42,829 nt of DNA, taken from NCBI GenBank assembly GCA_046759445.1, contig JBHICG010000025.1, positions 1 to 42,829 on the forward strand, given 5' to 3'. The position numbers and the translations under genes are program-made. This DNA comes from Candidatus Scalinduaceae bacterium. GTDB lineage: Bacteria > Planctomycetota > Brocadiia > Brocadiales > Scalinduaceae. The notes beneath the pieces were generated by a model. It was not told the DNA's origin, did no database searches, and saw only the letters and a program-made list of their open reading frames with translations. Below are positions 19,719 through 30,304 of this stretch, piece after piece (within the stretch, counting starts at the first letter, position 1; each line of letters opens with the position of its first letter).

Positions 19719-19970
19719 TTGGATATATCAAAAGAAGTCACTTCAATTGTTGCTGAAGTTACTGAGTTAGACGAAAAAGAAATATGGGAAAAAAGAGACG
19801 CCGATTTTTTTAAGGAATTAGAAATAGATTCTTTGTTGGCATTAGAAATACTGGCGCTCATTGAAAAAAAATTCAAAATCCAAATACCAGAAGAAAAACT
19901 AGTCGACATTACCTCATTAAATGCAACAATTGAAATGACAAAATCAACGTTGGAAGAAAATGCAAAATAG
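19719..19970 (+). CDS. Anammox-type acyl carrier protein (amxACP-like)
   Basis: DSL phosphopantetheine site in DFFKELEIDSLLALEI; GGAGG at 19707-19711 supports a TTG start at 19719. Confidence 0.9.
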   Translation: MDISKEVTSIVAEVTELDEKEIWEKRDADFFKELEIDSLLALEILALIEKKFKIQIPEEKLVDITSLNATIEMTKSTLEENAK

Positions 19971-20054
19971 CCATATATACTTTTTGCCTCCGCACCTCTT
20001 TCATGAATTTTAAAACAGTCCGTTTATGACCTTAAACAAGAAAGGTTTTTATAA

Positions 20055-20504
20055 ATGTCGAGTTTTGAGGAAATAAAGAAACTGATTCCTCAAAAAAATC
20101 CATTCTTATTTATTGATAAAGTTATTGATTTCCAAAAAGAAAGGAAGATTGTTTGTCTAAAAAATGTCTCTGGTAATGAACCATTCTTCGTTGGGCACTT
20201 TCCAGATTTTGCCATAATGCCAGGAGTCCTAATCTTAGAAGCCCTGGCACAAGCCTCAATCTTACTCTTCAAAAAAAGTTTTAATACCGACAAGGATAAA
20301 GATAAGGTCTTTTTATTAGGCTCTGCTGACATCCGTTTTACAAAACCTGTTTTTCCAGGCGACCAACTTATTTTAGAAATAGAGGCTGAAAAAATAATCT
20401 CTAGAGCCGCAATAATAAAGGGTATAGCCAGAGTAGGAGAAAAGGTAGTTTCAAAAGCTACATTAAGTTTTGGTATTGCAGAAAAAGAATCTCTAAATGA
20501 TTAA
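20055..20504 (+). CDS. fabZ: 3-hydroxyacyl-ACP dehydratase
   Basis: GHFPDFAIMPGVLILEALAQ catalytic His/Glu; PFLFID; RFTKPVFPGD. Confidence 0.93.
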   Translation: MSSFEEIKKLIPQKNPFLFIDKVIDFQKERKIVCLKNVSGNEPFFVGHFPDFAIMPGVLILEALAQASILLFKKSFNTDKDKDKVFLLGSADIRFTKPVFPGDQLILEIEAEKIISRAAIIKGIARVGEKVVSKATLSFGIAEKESLND

Positions 20505-20522
20505 TTCAGCTTAATAGCCAAT

Positions 20523-21755
20523 ATGCAAGAAAATCTGAATAAAAGAATCGTAATCACTGGTCTGGGAGTAATATCCCCTATTGGTTGTCAAAAGGACACT
20601 TTCTGGAATGCTTTAATCAAGGGCGCATCCGGAGTATCAGAAGTCAAGGCGTTTGACACAACTGAATTTAAGGTACATAGAGGTTGTGAAGTTAAGGACT
20701 TCAAATATGAAGACTATGCAAGTAATGGTTCAAATCGAAAAATTGGCAAGGGATCACAGTTTGCTATTGCTGCAACCAAACTTGCACTGGAGGATTCTAA
20801 GATAGACATAGTTAATGTAGATCCGGAAACAGTAGGAGTTTCAATTGGAACTACTGCAGGTGAGATTCAAATCCTAGAAAAAGTAAATCATTTAAGATGC
20901 GAAAACGGAGATGATCATGTAGACTCTGACCTATTCCTTAAGCATCCATGCAACAATATCCCTTCTAACATATCTATTGAATTTGGCTTTAAGGGCCCAA
21001 GCACGATAATTCCTACTGCATGTGCTGCGGGAAACTATGCTATTGGTTATGCATGCGACCTAATAAAATTGGGAAGAGCAGATGTAATGTTGGCCGGTGG
21101 TACCGATCCATTTTCCAAAGTAGCTTATGTTGGTTTTGGTAGACTCAATGCTATAGCACCGGAAATTTGTCAGCCTTTTGACAAAAACAGAAAAGGTATG
21201 TTAATCGGTGAAGGTGCTGGAATGCTGGTATTAGAATCTTTGGAAGATGCATTGGCCAGGAATGCAAATATCTATGCAGAAATCCTAGGCTATGGCCTAA
21301 GCTGTGATGGATATCATATCACAATTCCACAACCAGAGGGAAATGGTGTCGTATCAGCGATGAGAAAGGCATTAAAAGATGCCAAAATCAAGCCTGAGGA
21401 CGTTCAACATATAAGCGCACATGGCACTGGAACTGTCGCTAATGACAAGGCCGAAACAATATCTATTAAGAAAGTCTTTGGTGAACATTCAAAGCGTCTG
21501 GCTGTAATTTCTATAAAATCAATGATAGGGCATACTATGGGAGCTGCAAGTGCTATAGAAGCCATTGCATGTGCATTAGCTATTAAAGAAGATCTAGTGC
21601 CTCCCACGATAAACTATGAAACTGAAGACCCGGAGTGTGATTTAGATTTTGTTCCCAATGTAAAACGGGAAATGCGAGTCGATATAGCCTTAAACAATGC
21701 TTATGCCTTTGGTGGCAACAACAGCTGTCTTGTATTAAAGAAGTATACCGGTTAA
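20523..21755 (+). CDS. fabF: Beta-ketoacyl-ACP synthase II
   Basis: Intact Cys-His-His triad: [27 protein letters not shown]. Confidence 0.93.
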   Translation: MQENLNKRIVITGLGVISPIGCQKDTFWNALIKGASGVSEVKAFDTTEFKVHRGCEVKDFKYEDYASNGSNRKIGKGSQFAIAATKLALEDSKIDIVNVDPETVGVSIGTTAGEIQILEKVNHLRCENGDDHVDSDLFLKHPCNNIPSNISIEFGFKGPSTIIPTACAAGNYAIGYACDLIKLGRADVMLAGGTDPFSKVAYVGFGRLNAIAPEICQPFDKNRKGMLIGEGAGMLVLESLEDALARNANIYAEILGYGLSCDGYHITIPQPEGNGVVSAMRKALKDAKIKPEDVQHISAHGTGTVANDKAETISIKKVFGEHSKRLAVISIKSMIGHTMGAASAIEAIACALAIKEDLVPPTINYETEDPECDLDFVPNVKREMRVDIALNNAYAFGGNNSCLVLKKYTG

Positions 21756-21784
21756 GAGAGTATAATATAATTATCTTAATTAAT

Positions 21785-21822
21785 GTTAATGGTATCTTAA
21801 AATATATGCCATTAACTTTTTT
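21785..21822 (+). terminator. Terminator-like hairpin between the two fabF homologues
   Basis: 11-bp stem GTTAATGGTAT / ATGCCATTAAC (one G-U), 10-nt loop, followed by TTTTTT. Confidence 0.45.
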
Positions 21823-21859
21823 ATTTCTAGGGAAATAATTTTGTAAGAAATAAACAACA

Positions 21860-23095
21860 ATGAATAATCGTTTGGTTATAACGGGAATTAGCATTTTATC
21901 TCCAATTGGTCTAAATAAAGATGAATTTTGGAACAATTTGATAAACGGTGTCTCTGGGATAAAGGATATTACATTATTTGATGTCTCCAAATACAGAAGC
22001 AAGAAGGCGGGTGAAATATCAGATTTTAATGCCAAGACATTTTTGGGTAAGAAAGGTATCCGCCATATAGACAGGACTTCGCTATTAGTTTCCTCAGCCG
22101 CAAAACTCGTAATGGAAGATGCAAATATTACTCACGAATCCTATACTGAGGATGACTTAGGAATTGTAATAGGTTCTACATACGGCAGTATAGATAGCAT
22201 TAGTTCGTTTGACCTGGAAGCTTTAAAAGAAGGACCGAATTACGTTAATCCAATGGACTTCCCAAATACGGTTCTAAATGCTCCCGCAAGCAGAGCCTCT
22301 ATTTTTTGTAAAGCCACTGGCCTCAACTCTACAATTTCGACAGGTGTTACCAGTGGACTTGACGCCATTATTTATGCTTCTGATTTCCTAAAGTTAGGCA
22401 GGGTAAAGGCCGTTTTAACTGGAGGTGTTCACGGTTTGACTCATGACATTTTTTGGGGTGCATATAGGTCAGGAGTATTATCAGGCAGCAAAGATAACAC
22501 GGTCGAGATTTCTGCACCATTTGACAAAAGGCGTAATGGACTTGTAATTGGTGAAGCTGCTGCATTGCTTATGATAGAAAGACTTGAAGATGCATTAAAA
22601 AGAAATGCAAAAATTTACGCTGAAATCAAAGGTTATGGAAGCGTCTTTAACCCAAAAAAGATTCATCATGACAGTTTCGATACTGAAGAAGGTGTAAGAT
22701 GCATTTCTCTGGCAATGAAAGATGCAGAACTTAATATTGACGATATTTCTTGTATATCAGCTTGTGCAAATTCCAGCAGAACTGGTGATATAATGGAAAC
22801 AAAAGTTATTAAAGATTACTTTGGCAATTATGCCGATAAAGTTCCTATAAGTGCAATTAAATCTATGACAGGAGAATGCCTTGATGCATCAGGAGCAGTA
22901 CAGTGCGTTGCAAGTATAATGGCAATCAACAACGGCGTCGTTCCCCCGACAACAAATTACCAGGAAAAAGACGATGAATGCAATTTAGATTATGTATCTA
23001 ATAAAAACAGAGAATTAGATGTAAAAAACGTCCTCGTGAACGCTTTTTCTGACACAGGTAACATCTCATCCATAATCATCTCAAGATATTCATAA
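21860..23095 (+). CDS. FabF-like ketosynthase homologue lacking the catalytic triad (chain-length-factor-like)
   Basis: Full-length KAS fold, but TAC is TGV, AHG is ACA and GH is GE relative to the adjacent FabF. Confidence 0.88.
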   Translation: MNNRLVITGISILSPIGLNKDEFWNNLINGVSGIKDITLFDVSKYRSKKAGEISDFNAKTFLGKKGIRHIDRTSLLVSSAAKLVMEDANITHESYTEDDLGIVIGSTYGSIDSISSFDLEALKEGPNYVNPMDFPNTVLNAPASRASIFCKATGLNSTISTGVTSGLDAIIYASDFLKLGRVKAVLTGGVHGLTHDIFWGAYRSGVLSGSKDNTVEISAPFDKRRNGLVIGEAAALLMIERLEDALKRNAKIYAEIKGYGSVFNPKKIHHDSFDTEEGVRCISLAMKDAELNIDDISCISACANSSRTGDIMETKVIKDYFGNYADKVPISAIKSMTGECLDASGAVQCVASIMAINNGVVPPTTNYQEKDDECNLDYVSNKNRELDVKNVLVNAFSDTGNISSIIISRYS

Positions 23096-23101
23096 CCTAC
23101 A

Positions 23102-24556
23102 ATGGCTATCTCCTTAAATGATTTCCCCTCAAACAAATCCCAAATAAAATCGAAATACGACGTAATCATATTAGGTGCTGGTATTGGCGGATTAATCTGC
23201 GGAGCTTTCTTAGCAAAAAGTGAAAAAAAAGTGCTCATTATCGAACAACACAGTATACCCGGAGGTTATTGCACTTCTTTCAAAAGAAAGGGTTTTATTT
23301 TTGATGCAGCAGTCCATCACATCGGTGGATGCGGAAAATGGAGTATAGTTGGTAGAAGTCTTAAGGAATTGGATATAAACATTAATTTTTTAAGACTTGA
23401 CCCTATGGACAGTATAAATTTTCCTTCTTTTTCTATAGATATTCCTGCCGAACTTGACGATTACATAAATTTGCTAAAACAAAATTTCCCATCCGAAAGT
23501 GAAAATTTGTCATCCTTTTTTAAAGAATTTGTCGGGCTTTATAGATCTACAGTTAGAATTGAAGGAAGCAAATTGCTAACTAAATACAAAGACACCACTT
23601 ACAAAGAAATGTTAGATAAGTTTTTTGCTGACGAGAAACTCAAAATGACCCTATCTGCACAGTGGGGTTACATAGGCTCAAAACCTCATGAGGTATCGGC
23701 TATTGGAATGTGCCAAATGCTGGTGAATTACTTAAAAGATGGAGCTTTCTACCCTATGGGAAGTACTCAAAAATTCGCAGACGCAATAGCTCAAAAATTT
23801 ATTGACTATGGTGGTCAAATTATGTTATCCTCTTTGGTAAACAAGATATACACAAAAGATGCACTTGCAAAAGGAGTTATAACAGATAAAGGGAAAGAGT
23901 TTTTTACTGATATTCTTGTCTCTAATATCGACCCAAAACAAACATTTTTCAAATTAATAGAAGAAAAGGAAGTTAATAATTCCTATCTTCACAAGATCCA
24001 GTCAATGAAAGAAAGTATTTCATTTTTTTTATTATATCTGGGTCTTGATGGAGACATTGACTTAAAATCACTAAAAAGAGGTTTCTACCATACATCTGAT
24101 GATATAAATTTTTCCAATGGATGGTTTTATATATCCATTCCTACAGAAATTGATCCAAATCTTGCCCCTGACAAAAAACAAATAATTACTATCGTTGCAT
24201 CATTAAAAAGCAAATATGATGATATAAAAGATTGGGCTGCCTTTAAAGAGAAAATGAAGAAACATACAATAAATTATTTAGAAAATTTTATTCCTAATAT
24301 CCAAAACCATATTGAGGTAATCGAAACCGCAACACCAAAGACGCTTAATCGTTACACACTTAACTCAAAAGGCGCAGCTTATGGTTGGGCTGTTACCGTT
24401 GACCAAACATGGTCTAAAAGGCTCCAGCACACAACACCCCTCAAGAATATTTTTCTGGCAGGGCATTGGACAAACCCAGGACCAGGGATATGTGCGGTTG
24501 TATCTTCCGGTTGGAAGGTTGCTAATCTGATTTTAAGTAGGAGGATAAAAAAATGA
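23102..24556 (+). CDS. Phytoene-desaturase-like FAD-dependent oxidoreductase
   Basis: GAGIGG Rossmann motif, PGGYC, FDAAVH, ATPKT..RYT, GAAYG and LAGHWTNPGPG. Confidence 0.88.
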   Translation: MAISLNDFPSNKSQIKSKYDVIILGAGIGGLICGAFLAKSEKKVLIIEQHSIPGGYCTSFKRKGFIFDAAVHHIGGCGKWSIVGRSLKELDININFLRLDPMDSINFPSFSIDIPAELDDYINLLKQNFPSESENLSSFFKEFVGLYRSTVRIEGSKLLTKYKDTTYKEMLDKFFADEKLKMTLSAQWGYIGSKPHEVSAIGMCQMLVNYLKDGAFYPMGSTQKFADAIAQKFIDYGGQIMLSSLVNKIYTKDALAKGVITDKGKEFFTDILVSNIDPKQTFFKLIEEKEVNNSYLHKIQSMKESISFFLLYLGLDGDIDLKSLKRGFYHTSDDINFSNGWFYISIPTEIDPNLAPDKKQIITIVASLKSKYDDIKDWAAFKEKMKKHTINYLENFIPNIQNHIEVIETATPKTLNRYTLNSKGAAYGWAVTVDQTWSKRLQHTTPLKNIFLAGHWTNPGPGICAVVSSGWKVANLILSRRIKK

Positions 24557-26019
24557 GGAAAATGATGCTCATAAATCCACACCCCCCAGGACGACATGGT
24601 GAGGAAAGTATAACCGTCATTGTACAAATGCCACTTAATCTGGCTTATATTGCTGCCCTTACGCCGGGAGATTGGGAGTTTGACGTAATCGATGAGAATA
24701 TAGAAAATGCTATTGATGAAAATGGTGAAATAACCTTTGAACCTGTTGATTTGGTATGTATTACTTCCGTTACCTATCAAGTAGCAAGCGCCTATAAGAT
24801 AGCTGAAGCATGTAGAAGAAAAGGTATGACCGTAATCCTTGGTGGAATACATGCCTCCGTAATGCCTGATGAAGCATCTAAATATGTTGATGCCGTGTTT
24901 ACGGGAGAAGCAGAAGCACTCTGGCCACAGGTAATAAAAGACTTTGAAAATGGTCAACTCAAAAAGGTTTATAATGGCGGTCTGCCAGCCTTGTCAGAAA
25001 TGAAGCATGTTTTTCCCAACAGAGAACTCATGAAAAAGAAATATAACTATAAGTTTTCCTCTATCGTTACAACAAAGGGTTGTCCAAATTACTGTGATTT
25101 TTGCAGTGTACCAACCTTCCAGGGAAAAAAATTCAGGGAAAGGCCGTATGAAGATGTTCTCGATGAGATGGAGGCAACTGATTACAAGGGATTAATGTTT
25201 GCTGAAGATAATTTCTACGGCCATAGTAAAAACTCCGCTAATAGAGCAAAGGCACTCTGGCGCGGAATGATTGAAAGAGGTATCGAAAAAGACTGGCTTG
25301 GATTTACGGCACTAAATATATCACAGGATTCAGAGGCACTAGACCTTATGGCCAAGAGTGGAAATTTTGGATTTCTCTGCGGAATAGAATCAACAAATGA
25401 GGTTGTCTTAAAGAAGATGAATAAAAGGGTAAATCTAAGGCTTGGCACAGATAGTTATTTTGACTGCATTCAAAAGATTCACGATCACGGTCTTATCGTC
25501 TGGGGATCTATAGTCTTAGGAGCAGATGGAGACGATAAGGATTCTTTTAAAAGGATGACAGAATTTGTATTGGAAAACAACATTGACGTTCTTACTTTTG
25601 GTATCAATTGTCCATTTCCACAAACTGAACTTTATCATAGATTAGATTCAGAAAAGAGGCTTTTCCGTAAGAATTATCCTGAAGACTGGAAATATTACGA
25701 TACCGCACATGTAGTTCACAGATTTGTTGACATGACGTTAGAAAATTTTATTGATGGTATGCAATATATGTATGACCATCTTTATGCCGGTGACAACCTG
25801 AGAAAACGCTTTAGAAAATCAGCTAAAACAATTGGTAGTACAAGACATGGCAAACGCAATGCTATGTTTGCCTTCCGTGTCGGCTCTGACTGGCAACAGG
25901 TCTTTGAACAGGTACTGGAAAATCTACATAAACTATACGATTCTGGAGACTATTATCAAGACTGGTATAAAAGCAGCACAGTATCAACTCATGTAGAAAA
26001 TGGTGTTACCGTAAGTTAA
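24553..26019 (+). CDS. Cobalamin-binding radical SAM protein
   Basis: N-terminal B12-binding-like region (LGGIHAS, GEAE), KGCPNYCDFC, GIES; ATGA overlap with the upstream gene. Confidence 0.9.
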   Translation: MRKMMLINPHPPGRHGEESITVIVQMPLNLAYIAALTPGDWEFDVIDENIENAIDENGEITFEPVDLVCITSVTYQVASAYKIAEACRRKGMTVILGGIHASVMPDEASKYVDAVFTGEAEALWPQVIKDFENGQLKKVYNGGLPALSEMKHVFPNRELMKKKYNYKFSSIVTTKGCPNYCDFCSVPTFQGKKFRERPYEDVLDEMEATDYKGLMFAEDNFYGHSKNSANRAKALWRGMIERGIEKDWLGFTALNISQDSEALDLMAKSGNFGFLCGIESTNEVVLKKMNKRVNLRLGTDSYFDCIQKIHDHGLIVWGSIVLGADGDDKDSFKRMTEFVLENNIDVLTFGINCPFPQTELYHRLDSEKRLFRKNYPEDWKYYDTAHVVHRFVDMTLENFIDGMQYMYDHLYAGDNLRKRFRKSAKTIGSTRHGKRNAMFAFRVGSDWQQVFEQVLENLHKLYDSGDYYQDWYKSSTVSTHVENGVTVS

Positions 26020-26380
26020 ACACTCTTATACCTTCATTAGAATAAAAATGATGCTATATTTGGTCATTCGTCAATAAATACTTTTTATTTTAGTCAAACC
26101 AATCTCTCCTAAATCCTCAAACAAAAACCATATAGACAGAAAGCACATAATACTAACCGTAAAATAATTGTGTTTTTGTTTTCATCTTGCAATCACGTAT
26201 ATGTATACTACATACCTTTTGTTAAGCGGTAGTTTAATGGCTTGATATTATATTTTCTCTTGCTTTGGTGATTGCATCTTTGTTAGATTAATAACTTTAT
26301 GGAAACGCTTATTAAAACCATAACTAATTGTATATTAAATGAAACTTATTATATAACCTTAAACAAATTTAGGAGGAAAA

Positions 26381-26914
26381 ATGGACAGTCTTAAAAATCG
26401 TATTATTAGGGCGGCAAAGCTGGATGCTCACCTTTATGAAGAAGTAGAGGCAGACAAGAGTGCAATGAGTCAAGCCATGTTGGTTGTTGTTCTATCAGGT
26501 GTTGCAGCAGGTCTGGGAACTCTAGTAAAAGGGGGATTTTTAGGGATTTTACTTGGAACAATAACGGCCCTTGTTGGATGGTACATATGGGCGCTTCTTA
26601 CCTTCTTGATTGGTACGAAGCTCTTGCCAGAACCTCAAACTAAGTCTGACATTGGTGAGTTGTTGAGAACTATTGGTTTCTCAAGCGCACCGGGATTGAT
26701 TAGGGTATTTGGTGTTATTCCAGGAATAGAAGAGCTAGTCTTTTTTGTTGCTGCAATTTGGATGCTGGCAGCAATGGTAGTCGCAGTAAGGCAAGCCCTC
26801 GATTACACATCAACATTACGCGCTGTAGGCGTATGTGTGATTGGCTGGATTATTCAAATTTTAATTTTCATTTCATTATTTTATATTCTGGGCGGGTCAC
26901 CAGGAACAACTTAA
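26381..26914 (+). CDS. Yip1-family membrane protein
   Basis: About five hydrophobic helices, YEEVEAD, LLRTIGFSSAPG, AVRQALD; AGGAGG RBS. Confidence 0.75.
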   Translation: MDSLKNRIIRAAKLDAHLYEEVEADKSAMSQAMLVVVLSGVAAGLGTLVKGGFLGILLGTITALVGWYIWALLTFLIGTKLLPEPQTKSDIGELLRTIGFSSAPGLIRVFGVIPGIEELVFFVAAIWMLAAMVVAVRQALDYTSTLRAVGVCVIGWIIQILIFISLFYILGGSPGTT

Positions 26915-27019
26915 TGCCACTTTTCCTAAAAATATTTAATGAGTCAACTATAGCAAATGTGTTGTTATTGTAAAAACATTTGCATGGGCGACAATGCCCG
27001 CAAACCTACCACCTTAAAA

Positions 27020-27793
27020 ATGGCATATAACAATTTAAAAGCAGTAGCTATCATACCTGCAAGATATGCATCAACCAGGCTACCCGGTAAGCTTATTAAA
27101 TACGAAGCCAAAAAATACACGGGAAAATTTCTCATAGAGCATGTGTATGAAAAGGTAAGAGAGGCAAAAAACATTCAGGAAGTCATTATTGCAACAGATG
27201 ATAAACGTATTTCCGAGGCAGTATACCAATTTGGTGGACATGTTAAAATGACGTCTGTTAATCATAAATCAGGTACTGATAGAATCGCTGAGGTAGCATC
27301 TAATTTAGATGCAGACTTTATAGTAAACATTCAGGGAGATGAGCCAGACGTTAGAGGAGACATGATAGATGCACTGATTAGGGCAATGTACGCTGAAAAA
27401 GAAGCAACCGTTTGCACACTGGCAAACGAAATAAGGTCTAAAGATGAACTCATCGATCCAAACATCGTAAAAGTTGTTCTAGACAAAGATGGTTATGCTA
27501 TGTATTTTTCCAGAGCCTCTATACCGTATATCAGGGATGGAAACAACAGCCCTAAATTTTCATCATTCCACTTCTTGAGGCACCTCGGTATATATATATA
27601 CCGTAAAGATTTCTTGCTAGGGTTCTCAAACCTTCCTGTACCAGCGATAGAAGAGGCAGAAAAATTGGAACAACTCAGGGTTCTTTCAAATGGATACAAA
27701 ATCAAGGTTGTTATCACACCTTACACATGTGAAGGCGTAGATACACCTGATGATTTTGAGAAATTCTTGGACAAATATCGGATTAAAACTTAG
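27020..27793 (+). CDS. kdsB: 3-deoxy-manno-octulosonate cytidylyltransferase
   Basis: IPARYASTRLPGK, SGTDR, NIQGDEP, EKLEQLR, VDTPDD; start placed at ATG 27020 (longest ORF starts 26957). Confidence 0.93.
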   Translation: MAYNNLKAVAIIPARYASTRLPGKLIKYEAKKYTGKFLIEHVYEKVREAKNIQEVIIATDDKRISEAVYQFGGHVKMTSVNHKSGTDRIAEVASNLDADFIVNIQGDEPDVRGDMIDALIRAMYAEKEATVCTLANEIRSKDELIDPNIVKVVLDKDGYAMYFSRASIPYIRDGNNSPKFSSFHFLRHLGIYIYRKDFLLGFSNLPVPAIEEAEKLEQLRVLSNGYKIKVVITPYTCEGVDTPDDFEKFLDKYRIKT

Positions 27794-27991
27794 ATTTTTT
27801 ACTTTCAATCTACTTACTATAAATATAAGCAAAAAAACTATAATGGGTTATATAAATTTCTTATTATTCGTTATTCGAGCTACGCAGCCGAATAACATCT
27901 GACGTTTTTAAATACAATAGCAGAATCAGGTATTGAATGTATAATTTAAGATATTCTTTGATGAAAATTTATAGAATTTCCAAGAATTAGT

Positions 27992-29593
27992 ATGACAAAA
28001 CACATATTTGTTACAGGTGGTGTTGTTTCTTCCCTCGGAAAGGGTCTTAATGCGGCATCAATCGGCATGCTTCTGGAAAGCCACGGCCTCAGCATAAGTT
28101 TACAGAAGTTTGATCCTTATGTTAACGTTGACCCAGGCACAATGAGCCCATTTGAACATGGCGAGATCTATGTTACTGACGATGGCGCTGAGACAGATCT
28201 TGATTTGGGTCATTACGAAAGGTTTACAAATGCAGTTACGAATAAGAATTGCAATTTTACTACAGGCTCAATCTATTATTCAGTAATAACAAAGGAACGT
28301 CAGGGAAAATACCTGGGTAAGACGATACAAGTAATCCCTCATATAACAAATGAGATTAAAGACTGTATAGGGAAGTTGGCAGGTCCAGGTACAGATGTGG
28401 TAATTTCTGAGATAGGAGGAATAGTAGGAGATATTGAAAGTCAGCCGTTTCTGGAAGCCATTAGACAATTTGGGCAAGAAGTAGGCAGAGAAAACGTCCT
28501 ATATATACATTTAACACTTGTACCTTATCTCCGGGCTGCAGATGAGATAAAAACAAAACCTACACAACACAGTGTTGGCATGTTACGCCAGGCGGGCATA
28601 GAACCTGACATTTTAATATGCAGAACGGAGAAACCGCTTGCCAGCGACATAAAAGAAAAACTATCCCTCTTCTGTAATGTAGACAAAGAATCAATTATAG
28701 AAGAAATGGACGTGAAACCTTACCTATATGAGATTCCTTTGCTGCTTGTCGAACAAGGACTTGACAAAATAATCTTAAGAAAACTTCAACTAAACACAAA
28801 TGGAAATACCCTTACCAAATGGACCAAGATGTTGGACACACTAAAGAATCCTCAAAATGTCACCGAAATTGCCATCGTTGGGAAATATATTGGACTCCAA
28901 TCTGCATACGAATCGATTTACGAGGCATTAATACACGGAGGCATTAGTGGTTCCGCAAGGGTAATAGAAAGGAGAATAGAATCAGAAGATATAGAGAAGG
29001 ATGGCGCAGAAAAACATCTTCAAGGATGCAAGGGAATCTTAATACCAGGTGGATTCGGGGAAAGAGGTATTGAAGGAAAGATAGAAGCGGTAAGATACGC
29101 AAGGGAGAATAAAATACCATACCTGGGATTGTGTCTGGGAATGCACTGTGCAACTATAGAATTTGCGAGAAATGTATGTAATCTGAAAGATGCAAACACT
29201 ACTGAGTTAGACATTAATACACCACACCCGGTTATATGTTTATTAGAGGAACAGAAGAATATTGTGAGTAAGGGCGCTACTATGAGGTTGGGTGCACAAC
29301 AATGCAAGTTAGAGACAAATACAATTGCTTATAAAAGTTACGGTCAGGAGTTAATTTCCGAACGACACAGGCACAGATATGAGTTTAATAACAAATACAA
29401 GGATATGTTTGCATCTGAGGGGTTTATTTTCAGCGGGTTCACGCTGGATGATGAATTAGTAGAAATAATCGAGCTGAAAGACCATCCGTGGTTTGTGGCA
29501 GTACAATTTCACCCTGAGTTTAAGTCCAAACCAACTAATCCACATCCGCTTTTCAAAGAATTTATTAAAGCTTCATTGGAAATCAATAAATGA
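27992..29593 (+). CDS. pyrG: CTP synthase
   Basis: [39 protein letters not shown]. Confidence 0.98.
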   Translation: MTKHIFVTGGVVSSLGKGLNAASIGMLLESHGLSISLQKFDPYVNVDPGTMSPFEHGEIYVTDDGAETDLDLGHYERFTNAVTNKNCNFTTGSIYYSVITKERQGKYLGKTIQVIPHITNEIKDCIGKLAGPGTDVVISEIGGIVGDIESQPFLEAIRQFGQEVGRENVLYIHLTLVPYLRAADEIKTKPTQHSVGMLRQAGIEPDILICRTEKPLASDIKEKLSLFCNVDKESIIEEMDVKPYLYEIPLLLVEQGLDKIILRKLQLNTNGNTLTKWTKMLDTLKNPQNVTEIAIVGKYIGLQSAYESIYEALIHGGISGSARVIERRIESEDIEKDGAEKHLQGCKGILIPGGFGERGIEGKIEAVRYARENKIPYLGLCLGMHCATIEFARNVCNLKDANTTELDINTPHPVICLLEEQKNIVSKGATMRLGAQQCKLETNTIAYKSYGQELISERHRHRYEFNNKYKDMFASEGFIFSGFTLDDELVEIIELKDHPWFVAVQFHPEFKSKPTNPHPLFKEFIKASLEINK

Positions 29594-29635
29594 TATGTTG
29601 AAAAATATTTGATAAATTATGATGGAGGTTTAAAA

Positions 29636-30010
29636 ATGGGAGAAGAGGAAAAACTAGAACAGTCCGATTCGGGAAAAACTGTGGATGATGAATGGAAAAA
29701 AAAGGTTCAGGAAGAAAAAGAAAAGGTTAGCGAGAAAAAGCCATCACAAAAAACAAAGCAACAAATCCCCGAAGCAAGCTTCAGCTTATTTATATACAGC
29801 CTTGCCACACAAACATTAATAAACTTAGGGGAAGTGGAAAACCCATTTAATAAGAAAAAAGAACAGGATTTAGATCAGGCAAAATTCACAATAGATACTA
29901 TACAGATAATAAAAGACAAAACAAAAGGAAACCTTAGCGATGATGAGACTAAATATTTGGACTCTGTGCTCTATGATTTGAGCATGAAATATGTTGAAAA
30001 GAGTAAGTAA
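29636..30010 (+). CDS. DUF1844-family protein
   Basis: VDDEWK, ASFSLFI..L, LGEVENP, AKFTID, KTKGNL; GGAGG before ATG 29636. Confidence 0.78.
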   Translation: MGEEEKLEQSDSGKTVDDEWKKKVQEEKEKVSEKKPSQKTKQQIPEASFSLFIYSLATQTLINLGEVENPFNKKKEQDLDQAKFTIDTIQIIKDKTKGNLSDDETKYLDSVLYDLSMKYVEKSK

Positions 30011-30079
30011 TCTTTTCTATAGAATTCCTTTTCAATAAAATGCTGATTATCCTTTAAAAAACACGGCAACCAGGCGTTG

Positions 30080-30304
30080 TCATAATATATTACGTGCTTC
30101 TTTTAGAAAATCTTCCTGAATTATTTTCAAAAGATTTCTTGCTAGTTCGATATGACCCTTTTCTTCATTACTGATTGATTGTAAGGTATCAATGATGATT
30201 TTATCATCAAGTTCTTTGATACAATCATCGTATAATGACTTGGCATCTTCTTCAAACTTTAGAACCCTTTGGAATATACTGGAAAGTGATTCACTAGAAT
30301 ACAT
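30080..30304 (-). CDS. Small ferritin/rubrerythrin-like half-bundle protein
   Basis: Two helices with FEEDAKSLY and ISNEEKGH (E...ExxH pattern). Confidence 0.7.
   Translation of the reverse strand: MYSSESLSSIFQRVLKFEEDAKSLYDDCIKELDDKIIIDTLQSISNEEKGHIELARNLLKIIQEDFLKEARNIL

Noticed and set aside
19719..26019. Aryl polyene or antibiotic type II PKS interpretation
   Set aside because: No ketoreductase, adenylation enzyme, cyclase, glycosyltransferase or exporter; gene order and ACP motif fit the anammox cluster better.
27020..30010. kdsA absent after kdsB-pyrG; likewise gyrB and pssA absent beside gyrA and psd
   Set aside because: Operon splitting is common, and the genes may lie elsewhere in the genome.
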